From contig JAKMFW010000100.1 in the NCBI GenBank assembly GCA_022425325.1, positions 1-64,000 of the forward strand: a DNA stretch of 64,000 nucleotides, in the 5' to 3' direction. Shown here in pieces: positions 50,980 through 60,243 of the stretch. The notes under the pieces are model-generated. The model saw only the letters and a list, made by a program, of their open reading frames with translations. It ran no database searches and was not told the DNA's origin. The DNA is from Acidimicrobiales bacterium (GTDB lineage Bacteria > Actinomycetota > Acidimicrobiia > Acidimicrobiales > Aldehydirespiratoraceae). Within the stretch, counting starts at the first letter, position 1. Each line of letters opens with the position of its first letter. Both the position numbers and the translations under genes were made by a program.

Positions 50980-51563
50980 CCGTAGGAATCGAAGCTGGTG
51001 TCGCCCGACCAGCCCCACACCGTGAGCACGGGCTCATCGTCGGTGATGATGCGGTGAACTGCCTGCGACGGCGTCCGGATGTACGAGCCGGCCGAGGAGC
51101 GGGTGGTCTCATCGTCGACGGTCCACACCGCTGAACCGGCGAGCACGTAATAGAACTCGTCGGCGTCGTGCCAGTGGTCGGGGTAGGTGACCCCGGGGTT
51201 GAGGAAGAAGAGCCCGAACCGCTCCGAGTCCGGTCCGGTGATCGAGCCGTCGGGCCCCAATAGCTCGGCGGCAGCCGCCGAATGTGCCCACCCGGGCGGC
51301 ACGTGCTCCTCGGGCGGATGGCGCCATCCGATGTGAGGATCGGCGGCGTCCAGACCGGTGAGCGCAGCGGCGGTGCGTGCTGTGGCGATGGCGCCCATGT
51401 CGGGACGGAGGCCCAGCGGGAACGGCGACGCAAGTTCCGAGGGATCGCCTTCGGTATCCGCTGCGGCGGCGAGCAGCGAGGCAAAGCGCTGGGCCATTGG
51501 CTCATCGACAGCCTTGAGGAGGTGGCTGCACTCGGCCAGGAACGAGCCGACGGGGTGACGCAT
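50973..51563 (-). CDS. Cupin-domain protein
   Basis: Only the C-terminal 196 codons of a 504-aa track ORF look real. They carry the cupin motifs (PDHWHDADEFYYVLAGSAVWTVDDE...IRTPSQAVHRI). I placed the start at MRHPVGSF. Confidence 0.5.
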   Translation of the reverse strand: MRHPVGSFLAECSHLLKAVDEPMAQRFASLLAAAADTEGDPSELASPFPLGLRPDMGAIATARTAAALTGLDAADPHIGWRHPPEEHVPPGWAHSAAAAELLGPDGSITGPDSERFGLFFLNPGVTYPDHWHDADEFYYVLAGSAVWTVDDETTRSSAGSYIRTPSQAVHRIITDDEPVLTVWGWSGDTSFDSYGY

Positions 51564-51662
51564 CGCCGGAACCATAGTCGGACATGCCGCGCATGCGAAC
51601 GAATCGATGCGCTCCACGCAGCGCCGGTCTCCGGTCGCTCGGGTAGCGTCGGGATCGTGACC

Positions 51663-52568
51663 ATGGCGATCGAGGTTGAGGATCTCTCCAAGTCCTACGG
51701 CGACCTTCGGGCTGTTGACGGCGTGTCCTTTTCCGTCGATCCCGGCGAGGTGTTCGCCATCCTCGGTCCCAACGGTGCCGGAAAGTCCACCACGGTCGAG
51801 ATCCTCGAGGGACACCGCCGTCGCGACGGCGGACGGGTTACCGTCCTCGGGGTCGACCCCACCGAGGGAGGCCGAGCGTTCCGTAACCGCATCGGCATCG
51901 TGTTGCAGGAGGCGGGTGTCGACAAGGAACTCACCGTTCGCGAGACCCTCGATCTCTACAGCACTGCGTACACCCGTCGCCGGAGCATCGACGAGGTCAT
52001 CGAGATGGTCGAACTCGCCGACAAGCTTGACGAACGCATCTCCCGTCTGTCGGGTGGGCAGCAACGACGAGTCGATCTCGCGCTCGGCGTCATCGGCACA
52101 CCCGATGTCCTTTTTCTTGACGAGCCGACTACCGGCTTCGACCCCGCTGCCCGCAGGCGGAGCTGGGAACTGGTGCGCGACCTTGCCGACAACGGCACCA
52201 CCATCGTGCTCACCACCCACTACCTCGAAGAGGCCGAGGAACTCGCCGATCACCTCATCGTGATGGCAGGGGGCACAATCGTCGCAGCGGGCACGCCCGA
52301 GTCGTTGCGCGACCAGGCCGGCGAGGCGACCATCATCCGGTTCGCGCTCCCCAGCGTCGACGCCTCGCTCGCCGGCCTTCTCGACCCGCTTCATGGGGAT
52401 GCCTCGGGGCGTGATCGGCGTCTCGAGATCTCCACCACGAAACCGACCGCCGACCTCGCCCACATCACCGGATGGGCCCTCCAGCACGGCATCGAACTCG
52501 ACGGGCTGTCGGTCGCGAGCGTCACCTTGGAGGACGTCTACCTGCGTCTCGTCGGCGCGGACTCCTGA
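51663..52568 (+). CDS. ABC transporter ATP-binding protein (ABC-2/DrrA-like)
   Basis: It has Walker A (GPNGAGKSTT), the signature (LSGGQQRRV) and Walker B (VLFLDEPTTGFD). I placed the start at MAIEVEDLSKSYGD. Confidence 0.8.
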   Translation: MAIEVEDLSKSYGDLRAVDGVSFSVDPGEVFAILGPNGAGKSTTVEILEGHRRRDGGRVTVLGVDPTEGGRAFRNRIGIVLQEAGVDKELTVRETLDLYSTAYTRRRSIDEVIEMVELADKLDERISRLSGGQQRRVDLALGVIGTPDVLFLDEPTTGFDPAARRRSWELVRDLADNGTTIVLTTHYLEEAEELADHLIVMAGGTIVAAGTPESLRDQAGEATIIRFALPSVDASLAGLLDPLHGDASGRDRRLEISTTKPTADLAHITGWALQHGIELDGLSVASVTLEDVYLRLVGADS

Positions 52569-52580
52569 CCGTCGGAGCGC

Positions 52581-54080
52581 TCAGCCCCGCTGGCCCCGAG
52601 GGTGGACATCGTCGAGGTGACGGAAGAATCCCTCGGCCCAGTCATGCACGGTGTTCGCCCAGAGGTGGGTGCGCATCGCCCGCACACGGTGTCGCTGTTC
52701 CTCGACCGGCAGCGTGAGCGCCGTCTCGATCACCCGCTTCATCCCGGCGGTATCGAACGGGTTGCAGAGCAACGCCTGATGAAGTTCGACCGCCGTGCCG
52801 GCGAATTCTGACAGCACCAGTACGCCGGTGCCGTCGGTGCGGCAGGCGATGTATTCCTTGGCGACAAGGTTCATGCCGTCCTCGAACGGGGTCACCAGCA
52901 TGACGTCGGCGGCGAGGAACAGATGAACGAGATCCTCGAAGGGCAGACTCTGGTGCAGATAGTGCAGGACTGGCTTGCCGAGCTGGGCGTAGTTGCCGTT
53001 GATCGAACCGACCAACTGCTCGATCTCGGTGCGGGTGTTGGAGTAGCCCCGTACATCGTCGCGGCTGGGCGTGGCGACCTGGACGAACGCGACCTCGGCA
53101 GGGTCGAGCGTGCCGTCGCGGAGCAGTTCCTCGAAGGCCTTGAGCCGGGCGTCGATGCCCTTGGTGTAGTCGAGACGGTCGACGCCGAGCAGAAGATGCT
53201 TGGGCGAGCCGAGCGATGCCCGGAACGCGTCGGCCGCCTCCCGGGCGGCCGGGTCGCGGACCATCTGATCGATGCGGTCGACGTCGACCGAGATCGGGAA
53301 CGACCCGACGGCGACCCGGCGACCCTCGACGACGATCTCGGTGACAGGATCGACCAGCATGACCTCCTCGGTGCGGCCCATGCGATGGGCGAGCGAGAGA
53401 AAGTTGCGGGCGTCGGTCGGGGTCTGGAAGCCGATGACGTCGGTGGCGAGCAGGCCGTCGGTGATCGCTTCGCGCCACGGTAGGCGCATCAGGAGCTGCG
53501 AGGGCGGGAAGGGCGTGTGGAGAAAGAGGCCGATACGAATGTCGGGCCGGGCCTCACGCACGAACGCCGGCATCAACTGCAGGTGATAGTCGTGGATCCA
53601 GAGCGTGCCGTTCTGTTCGGTGGTCTCGATTGCGACCTTGGCGAACTGCTCGTTGACCCGTCGATAGGCAGCCCACCAGGATCGACGAAAGCGGGTCGAC
53701 AACAGGCCGTTGTGATAGAGCGGCCACAGGGTGCCGTTGGAGAACCCTTCGTAGTAGTCGGCGTAGTCGGTCTCGCTGAGCGACACCGACCGCAGCGCCA
53801 TGTCGCCGAAGCGGGCCGGCGGTGCGCTGTCGGCGGCATCGCCCAGACCGCCGTCCCAACCGATCCAGACCGCATCGCGGCCCTCCATCACGGCGGTCAT
53901 CGCAGTGACGAGCCCGCCGGGGCTCAGCGCCCAGCCGCCGTCACCATCGAGGCGCACGGGGAGTCGGTTGGCGGCGATGACGACATCGTGTCGTTCGCCG
54001 GAGGATCCGAGGGGGTCGGGTAGGTCGGCCACGACCAAAGCGTAGATGCCGTGGTCGTCATGAGCCTGACGGGGCGCCAT
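52581..54080 (-). CDS. otsA: Alpha,alpha-trehalose-phosphate synthase (UDP-forming)
   Basis: It has a GT20 fold and matches mycobacterial OtsA in collinear stretches (ANRLPV...SPGGLVTA...VGAFPISVD...[13 protein letters not shown]). Confidence 0.9.
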   Translation of the reverse strand: MAPRQAHDDHGIYALVVADLPDPLGSSGERHDVVIAANRLPVRLDGDGGWALSPGGLVTAMTAVMEGRDAVWIGWDGGLGDAADSAPPARFGDMALRSVSLSETDYADYYEGFSNGTLWPLYHNGLLSTRFRRSWWAAYRRVNEQFAKVAIETTEQNGTLWIHDYHLQLMPAFVREARPDIRIGLFLHTPFPPSQLLMRLPWREAITDGLLATDVIGFQTPTDARNFLSLAHRMGRTEEVMLVDPVTEIVVEGRRVAVGSFPISVDVDRIDQMVRDPAAREAADAFRASLGSPKHLLLGVDRLDYTKGIDARLKAFEELLRDGTLDPAEVAFVQVATPSRDDVRGYSNTRTEIEQLVGSINGNYAQLGKPVLHYLHQSLPFEDLVHLFLAADVMLVTPFEDGMNLVAKEYIACRTDGTGVLVLSEFAGTAVELHQALLCNPFDTAGMKRVIETALTLPVEEQRHRVRAMRTHLWANTVHDWAEGFFRHLDDVHPRGQRG

Positions 54081-54089
54081 GATGGGGCC

Positions 54090-54959
54090 ATGAGCGACGC
54101 AAGCGCCTCTCTCGCACCCGACCGGCGATCTCCGTTCCGGCGTGACCTGCAGCTGCTCGTGCGTTCGGTCCGGGCCGAGAACCGCCTGTTCTGGCGAACC
54201 CCGATCGGTGCCTTCTTCACGATCGGACTACCGCTCGTCATGTTGGTGATCTTCGTCGCCATCTTCGGCAACGATCCGATCGGCACGAGCTACGGCGAGT
54301 TCGCCACCGCCCAGTTCTATGCGGCGAGCCTCGGAGTGTTCGCAGCGGCATCGGCCACCTACACGAACCTGGCGATCAACCTGACCATGCGCCGAGACGA
54401 CGGCGTGCTGAAGCGGGTCCGGGGCACGCCGATCCCGCCGTGGGTGTTCCTCGCCGGTGCGATCTTGTCCGGAATGTGGATTGCGGCCTTCGCCACGACG
54501 CTGATGGTGGGGATTGGCATCGTCGCCTACGGCGTCGACGTCCAGCTTGCTCAGCTGCCGGCGATGATCGTCGCCTTCCTCGCCGGTACGGCCTGCTTCG
54601 CAACTCTCGGCGTCGCCCTTGCGGCCGTCTCGAAGACCGCGTCAGCGGCCCCTGCGATCGCAAACGCGACGATCCTTCCGCTGGCGTTCCTCTCGAACGT
54701 CTTCGTTCCCCTCGACGATCCACCGTCATGGCTGAACCTGATCGGCGACATCTTCCCGCTGAAGCCGTTTGCGGTTGCCTTCACCGAGGCGATGTCGCCG
54801 TTCAGCGATGCCCCCGCCTTCGAATGGGACCGTCTCGTCGTCCTGATCGGCTGGACTGTCATCGGCGCGTTCGTCGCCGCGAAACGCTTCCGATGGGAGC
54901 CCGTGCCCGGTGCCTCTCGGCGGGGGCGAGGCCGACGGAATCGACGCAGCGCCGCCTAA
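54090..54959 (+). CDS. ABC-2 family transporter permease
   Basis: It has six TM helices. I chose the MSDASAS start (ATG at 54090) to avoid overlap with the otsA start. The upstream ATG at 54051 is an alternative. Confidence 0.65.
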   Translation: MSDASASLAPDRRSPFRRDLQLLVRSVRAENRLFWRTPIGAFFTIGLPLVMLVIFVAIFGNDPIGTSYGEFATAQFYAASLGVFAAASATYTNLAINLTMRRDDGVLKRVRGTPIPPWVFLAGAILSGMWIAAFATTLMVGIGIVAYGVDVQLAQLPAMIVAFLAGTACFATLGVALAAVSKTASAAPAIANATILPLAFLSNVFVPLDDPPSWLNLIGDIFPLKPFAVAFTEAMSPFSDAPAFEWDRLVVLIGWTVIGAFVAAKRFRWEPVPGASRRGRGRRNRRSAA

Positions 54960-54976
54960 CCGCCACACTGCGGGTC

Positions 54977-56128
54977 ATGCTCTCGAGGTTCGACGACTAC
55001 CCGATCCACCAGACCCCCGACCCCGTTGCCCACCCGGCGACGAGCGACAAGGACGTCTACGAGCGGTATTGGTTCAACGGCTACTCGACCTCGGGCGACT
55101 TCTACCTCGGCGCCGGGGCGGCGCTCTACCAGCACCTGGGCGTGAAGGATGCCCATGTGTCGTTCATCCACGAGGGGCGGCAGTACGCATTCCACGTATC
55201 GGGACGGCGGAGCGACGAACCGAGCGACCTCACCATCGGGCCGTACTCCCTCGAGATCATCGAACCGATGCGTTCGTGCCGGATCACCGTGACCGAGAAC
55301 GACACCGACTTCACCTGCGACCTGCTGTGGGAAGGGCGTACCGGCAATGTCGAGGAACCCCGTCATCATCTCGGTCGAGGTCTTCGCAAGATCATGGACA
55401 CGACCCGGTTCACCCAACTCGGCCGGTGGACGGGATGGGTCCAGTTCGGCGATGTTCGGATCGAACTCGACCCGTCGGAGGTCGTCGGCACCAAGGATCG
55501 TTCGTGGGGGGTCCGGCCGCTCATCGGTGGCGACACCCGTGGCGCGCCGGCGGCCTCGCAGATGGGCGGCATTTTCTTCCTCTGGGCGCCGTTGAACTTC
55601 GACGACCTCTGCCTGCACTACCAATTGTTCGACGACAATGTCGGCCGTCCGCTCTTCCAGGTCGGTGCTCGGCTCCCGGTGTACGGCTCACCCGATGAGC
55701 TTCCCGGCGTCGAGGACCCGGCGGTCGAGCACATGCGCAATCTCGAACACGAGGTGACGTTCGCCTCCGGCAATCGCATGATCACCGGCGCGACGATCGC
55801 GATGACCTCGGTGGCCGATGGCGCCCGCCACGAGGTCCGACTCGAACCGATCTTCACCTTCCGGATGAAGGGGATCGGCTACACCCACCCCATCTGGGTT
55901 CACGGCAAGTGGCACGACGAACTCGCGATGGCGAGCGAGTCGTGGGCACTCGACGATGTCGACGACACGGCGTACGAGAACCAGCATTGTCAGCACCTCG
56001 TGCGAGCCACCTACACCGACGGTGCCGGGGTCGAGCGAACCGGTATCGGTGTGCTCGAACAGAACATTCTCGGCCCATATGCGCCCTACGGACTCGAGGG
56101 GTTCTTCGCCGCCCCGACCTACGACTGA
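54977..56128 (+). CDS. Conserved hypothetical protein (383 aa), no recognized domain
   Basis: A long GC3-rich ORF starts MLSRFDDYPIHQTPDP. It is Trp/Gly-rich with a beta-sandwich-like composition, and I recognise no known catalytic motif. Confidence 0.55.
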   Translation: MLSRFDDYPIHQTPDPVAHPATSDKDVYERYWFNGYSTSGDFYLGAGAALYQHLGVKDAHVSFIHEGRQYAFHVSGRRSDEPSDLTIGPYSLEIIEPMRSCRITVTENDTDFTCDLLWEGRTGNVEEPRHHLGRGLRKIMDTTRFTQLGRWTGWVQFGDVRIELDPSEVVGTKDRSWGVRPLIGGDTRGAPAASQMGGIFFLWAPLNFDDLCLHYQLFDDNVGRPLFQVGARLPVYGSPDELPGVEDPAVEHMRNLEHEVTFASGNRMITGATIAMTSVADGARHEVRLEPIFTFRMKGIGYTHPIWVHGKWHDELAMASESWALDDVDDTAYENQHCQHLVRATYTDGAGVERTGIGVLEQNILGPYAPYGLEGFFAAPTYD

Positions 56129-56231
56129 GAAGGTCCCGGTGGTGCCGGATCATGAACTCGCCCAGGGTTCCGGTGGCATGCGCTCGGCCACCGACGTGAG
56201 CGTGGGGCGGGGACTGCTCTAGGGTCCCGAC

Positions 56232-57125
56232 GTGCACGACTACGACGAGTTCGGGCTGTTCCACGAGAACGCCGCCGAATACGACCTGCCGTTCGCTGCG
56301 CCACCGTCCGTGCGACGGGAACGCATCGAGTTACCATCCGGCCTCGGCATCTCGGCGCTGGTGTGGGGCAAGGGTGACCCCGAACTGGTGCTGGTCCACG
56401 GTGGCGCCCAGAACGCCCATACCTGGGACACGGTGGCCATGGCGCTCGGACGTCCGCTCGTGGCGATCGACCTCCCCGGACACGGCCACAGTGACCACCG
56501 ACCAGCCCACGACTACACACCGACCTCGATGGCGGCCGACCTCGCCATCGCGATCGAGCGCCTGGCGCCGGCCGCCGAGGCGGTCGTCGGCATGTCGCTC
56601 GGCGGGATGACCTCGATCTGTCTGGCTGCAGATCACCCACACCTCGTTCGCCGCCTCGGTGTCGTCGATGTCACCCCGGGAACCGATCACGCCAAGGCCG
56701 AGCCGATCATCACGTTCGTCGATGGTCCCGAAGTGTTCGAGTCGTTCCAGGCGATGCTCGATCGCACGATCGAGTTCAACCCGGGGCGGAGCGAGTCGAG
56801 CTTGCGTCGGGGGATCCTCCACAACGCGAAGCCGCTTCCCGACGGCAGCTGGACGTGGCGGTACGACCGCATGCGCGACTGGAAGGTCGGCGGCGATGCA
56901 GCGCCGTCGTTCGAGGACCTGTGGGGCAAGGTCGACCTGGTCCAAGTCCCAATCACCCTGTGGCAGGGCGGAAACTGGAGTGTGATCGACGACGAAGACG
57001 TCGCCGAGTGGATGCGTCGCCGCCCCGACACGGTTCACGTCGTGGTCGACGGTGCCGGGCACTCGATCCAAGGCGACAAACCGCTCGAGATGGCGGCTCT
57101 GATCGAGGCGCTGATGACCCGATGA
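56232..57125 (+). CDS. Alpha/beta-fold hydrolase
   Basis: It has an HGG oxyanion motif (LVHGGAQNAH), the nucleophile elbow GMSLGG and a C-terminal catalytic His (GAGHSIQ). It has a GTG start. Confidence 0.75.
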   Translation: MHDYDEFGLFHENAAEYDLPFAAPPSVRRERIELPSGLGISALVWGKGDPELVLVHGGAQNAHTWDTVAMALGRPLVAIDLPGHGHSDHRPAHDYTPTSMAADLAIAIERLAPAAEAVVGMSLGGMTSICLAADHPHLVRRLGVVDVTPGTDHAKAEPIITFVDGPEVFESFQAMLDRTIEFNPGRSESSLRRGILHNAKPLPDGSWTWRYDRMRDWKVGGDAAPSFEDLWGKVDLVQVPITLWQGGNWSVIDDEDVAEWMRRRPDTVHVVVDGAGHSIQGDKPLEMAALIEALMTR

Positions 57126-58219
57126 CCTCCACCGACGGCGACACCCGATTCGTCAACCTCATGACGCCGGCCCGGTTCGGCCGACTCGAACTCCGAAATC
57201 GCGTCGTGATGGCGCCGATGACCCGCTCACGAGCAACCCCCGACGGAGCGGTCACCGACATCATGGTCGAGTACTACCGCCAGCGAGCCGGTGCCGGGAT
57301 GATCATCACCGAGGGCGTGTATCCGTCCGAGGCCGGCAAGGGCTATTGCCGGACGCCGGGGTTGGTGAGCAGCGATCACGCCGCCGGGTGGCGACGGGTC
57401 ACCGATGCGGTTCATGCCGAGGGCGGCACGATCGTGATGCAGATGATGCACGTCGGCCGGGTCGCGGTGGCGGCTAACAAGGCGGCCGGTTCCGAGACGG
57501 TTGCGCCTTCGGCGGTCGTTGCTCGTCTGCGGATGTACACCGATGTCGACGGCGGCACTATGCAGCCCTGCGAGCCGCCTCGGGACCTCGACGCCGATGA
57601 GATCGCCGCCGTGATCGCCGACTATGCGCGCAGCACGGAACTCGCGTTCGAGGCCGGCTTCGATGGCGTCGAACTTCACGGCACCAGCGGCTACCTGCCC
57701 GCCCAGTTCCTATCGACCGGAACCAACCATCGCGACGACGACTGGGGCGGGTCGGTCGCCGGCCGGATCCGCTTCTTCGTCGAGGTGTCGAGCGCAATGG
57801 CGGACGTCGACGGCGCAGACCGCATCGGCTTTCGGATCTGTCCCGGCAACCCCTACAACGATCTCCACGACGACGATCCGGAGGAGACATTCCGCGCCCT
57901 GCTGGCTGCGCTTGACCCGCTCGGACTCGCGTACTGCCACACGCTCCGTCTGCCGACAGGGCCGGTCGACAACGAGGCACTGTGTCGCCAGGGGTTCTCG
58001 GGCCCGCTGATCATCAACGACAGTTACGAGCCAGCTGAGGCGAACCAGGCCCTCGCCGAGGGACGCGGCGATGCCGTTGCGTTCGGACGGCGTTTCATCA
58101 CCAACCCGGACCTCGTCGATCGCATCGCCGGCGGGCACGAGTTGGCGTCCACCCGCGCCGACCACATCTACGACCCCGGCCCACAGGGCTACATCGATTT
58201 CCCGACCCGGTCGGACTGA
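57122..58219 (+). CDS. NADH:flavin oxidoreductase / Old Yellow Enzyme family (alkene reductase)
   Basis: It has the OYE N-terminus (LRNRVVMAPMTRSRA), catalytic His pairs and TIM-barrel FMN motifs (GFDGVELHGTSGYL). Its ATG overlaps the upstream TGA. Confidence 0.85.
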   Translation: MTSTDGDTRFVNLMTPARFGRLELRNRVVMAPMTRSRATPDGAVTDIMVEYYRQRAGAGMIITEGVYPSEAGKGYCRTPGLVSSDHAAGWRRVTDAVHAEGGTIVMQMMHVGRVAVAANKAAGSETVAPSAVVARLRMYTDVDGGTMQPCEPPRDLDADEIAAVIADYARSTELAFEAGFDGVELHGTSGYLPAQFLSTGTNHRDDDWGGSVAGRIRFFVEVSSAMADVDGADRIGFRICPGNPYNDLHDDDPEETFRALLAALDPLGLAYCHTLRLPTGPVDNEALCRQGFSGPLIINDSYEPAEANQALAEGRGDAVAFGRRFITNPDLVDRIAGGHELASTRADHIYDPGPQGYIDFPTRSD

Positions 58220-58243
58220 TCCGGTGCCGACAGGCCGGAGGCC

Positions 58244-58259
58244 CTCGGCCACAGCCGAG
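58244..58259. terminator. Possible bidirectional hairpin between convergent genes
   Basis: A CTCGGC-CACA-GCCGAG inverted repeat sits between the OYE stop and the photolyase stop. There is no clear U-tract. Confidence 0.25.
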
Positions 58260-58273
58260 TGCCGGCAGGCGAA

Positions 58274-59785
58274 TCAGAGCTCGCCGCGATCCAGGCCGAC
58301 CAGTACCTCGGCCGCCCGTTGGCGAGTCGCCTCGAGGTCGGCGAGTCGGCGCATGCCGGCGAGCTGCTGGCCCAGCCGGGCATTGCCCTTCAGCTGGTGC
58401 TCATTGCGGGCGAGGAAGTCCCAGTAGAGCGAGGTGAACGGGCAGGCGTCATCCCCCGTGCGCTTCTTCGGGTTGAACCGGCAGCCCTTGCAGTGGTCGC
58501 TCATCTTGTTGATGTACGCCCCGCCGGCCGCATAGGGCTTGGTGGCCATGCGTCCGCCGTCGGCGTGCAACGCCATGCCGATCACATTGGGCAGCATCAC
58601 CCATTCGGCGCCGTCGATGAAGTTCGCCCACATCCATTCCGTGAGGGCCCAGGGTTCGACACCGGTGAGCAGTGAGAAGTTGCCGATCACCATCAGCCGT
58701 TCGATGTGATGGGCATAGGCCCGGTCGTGGATGCCCTGCACGACCGACGACACGCATGCCATCTCGGTGGGGGCATCGCCGGTGAACGATGGTGGCACCG
58801 GGCGGTGGGCCTCCAGTTGGTTCTCGGCGCGGTATTCAGGTCCGAAGAACCAGTAGAGACCCCAGACGTACTCCCGCCAGCCCATCACCTGGCGAATGAA
58901 GCCCTCGACACTGTTGATCGGGGCCCGACCCTCTCGATACGCGACCTCGGCCGCCCGGACCACCTCCATCGGATCCAGCAGGCCGATGTTCATCGCGCTG
59001 CTGAGCACACTGTGGGCGAGCTTCCATTCGGCCGCGAGCATGGCGTCCTCGTGGGCACCGAAGCCCGGCAGTCCTTCGTCGACGAAGCGCTGCAGTCGTT
59101 CGAGCGCCTGTGCCCGGGTGACCGGCCAGCGGCCATCGGGAGCGGCCCCCCAGAGTGCGACGTCGTCGCTCGCTTCCAGCTCGGTCATCACGTCACGGTC
59201 GATGGCATCGAGCGGGAAAAGTTCGAGGGTTGGCCACGCCCGCCCGTCCTTGGGTGGCGGCTCGCGGTTCTCGTGGTCGAAGTTCCATGTCCCGCCGGCG
59301 GGTTCGTCGCCGTCCATCAAGACGTCGAGATCGATGCGCTGCCGGCGGTAGAAATCCTCCATCCGGATGCGTTTCCGGCCCTCGGCCCACTCGCCAAACT
59401 CGCGGTAATCGGTGATGAAGAACGTGTTGGTCGAGAGTTCGACTCCGAGCGCTTCGAGCCGGGTGACGGCGTCGTGACTCGACGGCGAGGTCGCCAGGAC
59501 CCGTTCGACCCCGAACTCGTCGCTGTGGGCTCGCAGCCCCGCAGCGAGCGTCGGTGCCCGCCGGTGGTCGATATCGAACCCCTCCGCTTCGAGTTCGGCG
59601 GCGAAGTGCCGCATCGCGGAGATCACCATGTGGGCCCGCTGGCGATGCCACCGGTGGCGGCCGAGAATCGAGTCGCTCTCGACGAGTAGGACTCGACAGG
59701 TTTCGGGGGTGTGGTCGGCGAGCACGCCGGCGGTACGACGCAGCTGGTCACCGAGGACCCAGACCGTGGGACGAGCGTCGGTCAC
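58274..59785 (-). CDS. FeS-BCP-type cryptochrome/photolyase family protein ((6-4) photolyase PhrB/CryB-like) with a [4Fe-4S]-binding Cys tetrad
   Basis: It has four Cys with 88/3/13 spacing (MACVSS ... DHCKGC ... DDAC), exactly matching the FeS-BCP cluster ligands. I placed the start at a GTG (VTDARPTVWVLGDQL), which overlaps the upstream gene stop (GTGA). Confidence 0.85.
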   Translation of the reverse strand: MTDARPTVWVLGDQLRRTAGVLADHTPETCRVLLVESDSILGRHRWHRQRAHMVISAMRHFAAELEAEGFDIDHRRAPTLAAGLRAHSDEFGVERVLATSPSSHDAVTRLEALGVELSTNTFFITDYREFGEWAEGRKRIRMEDFYRRQRIDLDVLMDGDEPAGGTWNFDHENREPPPKDGRAWPTLELFPLDAIDRDVMTELEASDDVALWGAAPDGRWPVTRAQALERLQRFVDEGLPGFGAHEDAMLAAEWKLAHSVLSSAMNIGLLDPMEVVRAAEVAYREGRAPINSVEGFIRQVMGWREYVWGLYWFFGPEYRAENQLEAHRPVPPSFTGDAPTEMACVSSVVQGIHDRAYAHHIERLMVIGNFSLLTGVEPWALTEWMWANFIDGAEWVMLPNVIGMALHADGGRMATKPYAAGGAYINKMSDHCKGCRFNPKKRTGDDACPFTSLYWDFLARNEHQLKGNARLGQQLAGMRRLADLEATRQRAAEVLVGLDRGEL

Positions 59786-60243
59786 GCGACGGCCTCGATC
59801 ATGAACAGGGCGAGCACCCCTCGGATGGTCCAGCCGATGGTGCGGATCCAGTTCGTGTGCACGAGCCGGTCGGCGACAATGGGATTCCATCCGTGTTCGA
59901 GCCGCCCGTGGGCGGGTACTTGGAGGGTGATGGTCGACAGGTGGACGCCTGCGAGCACCAGCCCGGCGATGAGGGGCAGGGTGCGGGTCAGACCGTCGGG
60001 CGGGGCGAAAAAGAGCCACAGGGTGGCGACGCCTTCGACGAGCATCGCCGGACCGACGACGAGGGAGATGAGGCGGGTGTGGGCCGCCTCGTACGCAACG
60101 AAACCGTCCTCGCCGACCCGGGCGAACAATGGGTAGTGGACGACCTGGATGATCCAGATCAGCCCGACGAGAAACCAGGTCGCCGCGGCGTGGACAAGGG
60201 TGACGGTCACCTCTTCATGGTCGACCGGATCGTCGAGCGTCAA
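59782..60243 (-). CDS. Hypothetical small integral membrane protein coupled between the Mo-oxidoreductase and the photolyase
   Basis: It is about 150 aa with 4 TM helices. A candidate TTG start at 60243 overlaps the oxidoreductase TGA (TTGA), and a GTG at 60210 is the alternative. Its stop overlaps the photolyase GTG. Confidence 0.45.
   Translation of the reverse strand: MTLDDPVDHEEVTVTLVHAAATWFLVGLIWIIQVVHYPLFARVGEDGFVAYEAAHTRLISLVVGPAMLVEGVATLWLFFAPPDGLTRTLPLIAGLVLAGVHLSTITLQVPAHGRLEHGWNPIVADRLVHTNWIRTIGWTIRGVLALFMIEAVA

Noticed and set aside
51564-52487. N-terminal 308 codons of the 504-aa track ORF 50973..52487 (-)
   Set aside because: This part is antisense to the plus-strand ABC ATPase and is Gly/Asp/Arg-rich. 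Only the C-terminal 196 codons, the cupin domain, look like real coding.
59786-60019. N-terminal extension of the photolyase ORF
   Set aside because: It is Arg/Pro/His-rich and overlaps the upstream membrane-protein gene. Homology to FeS-BCPs starts at the GTG at 59785.
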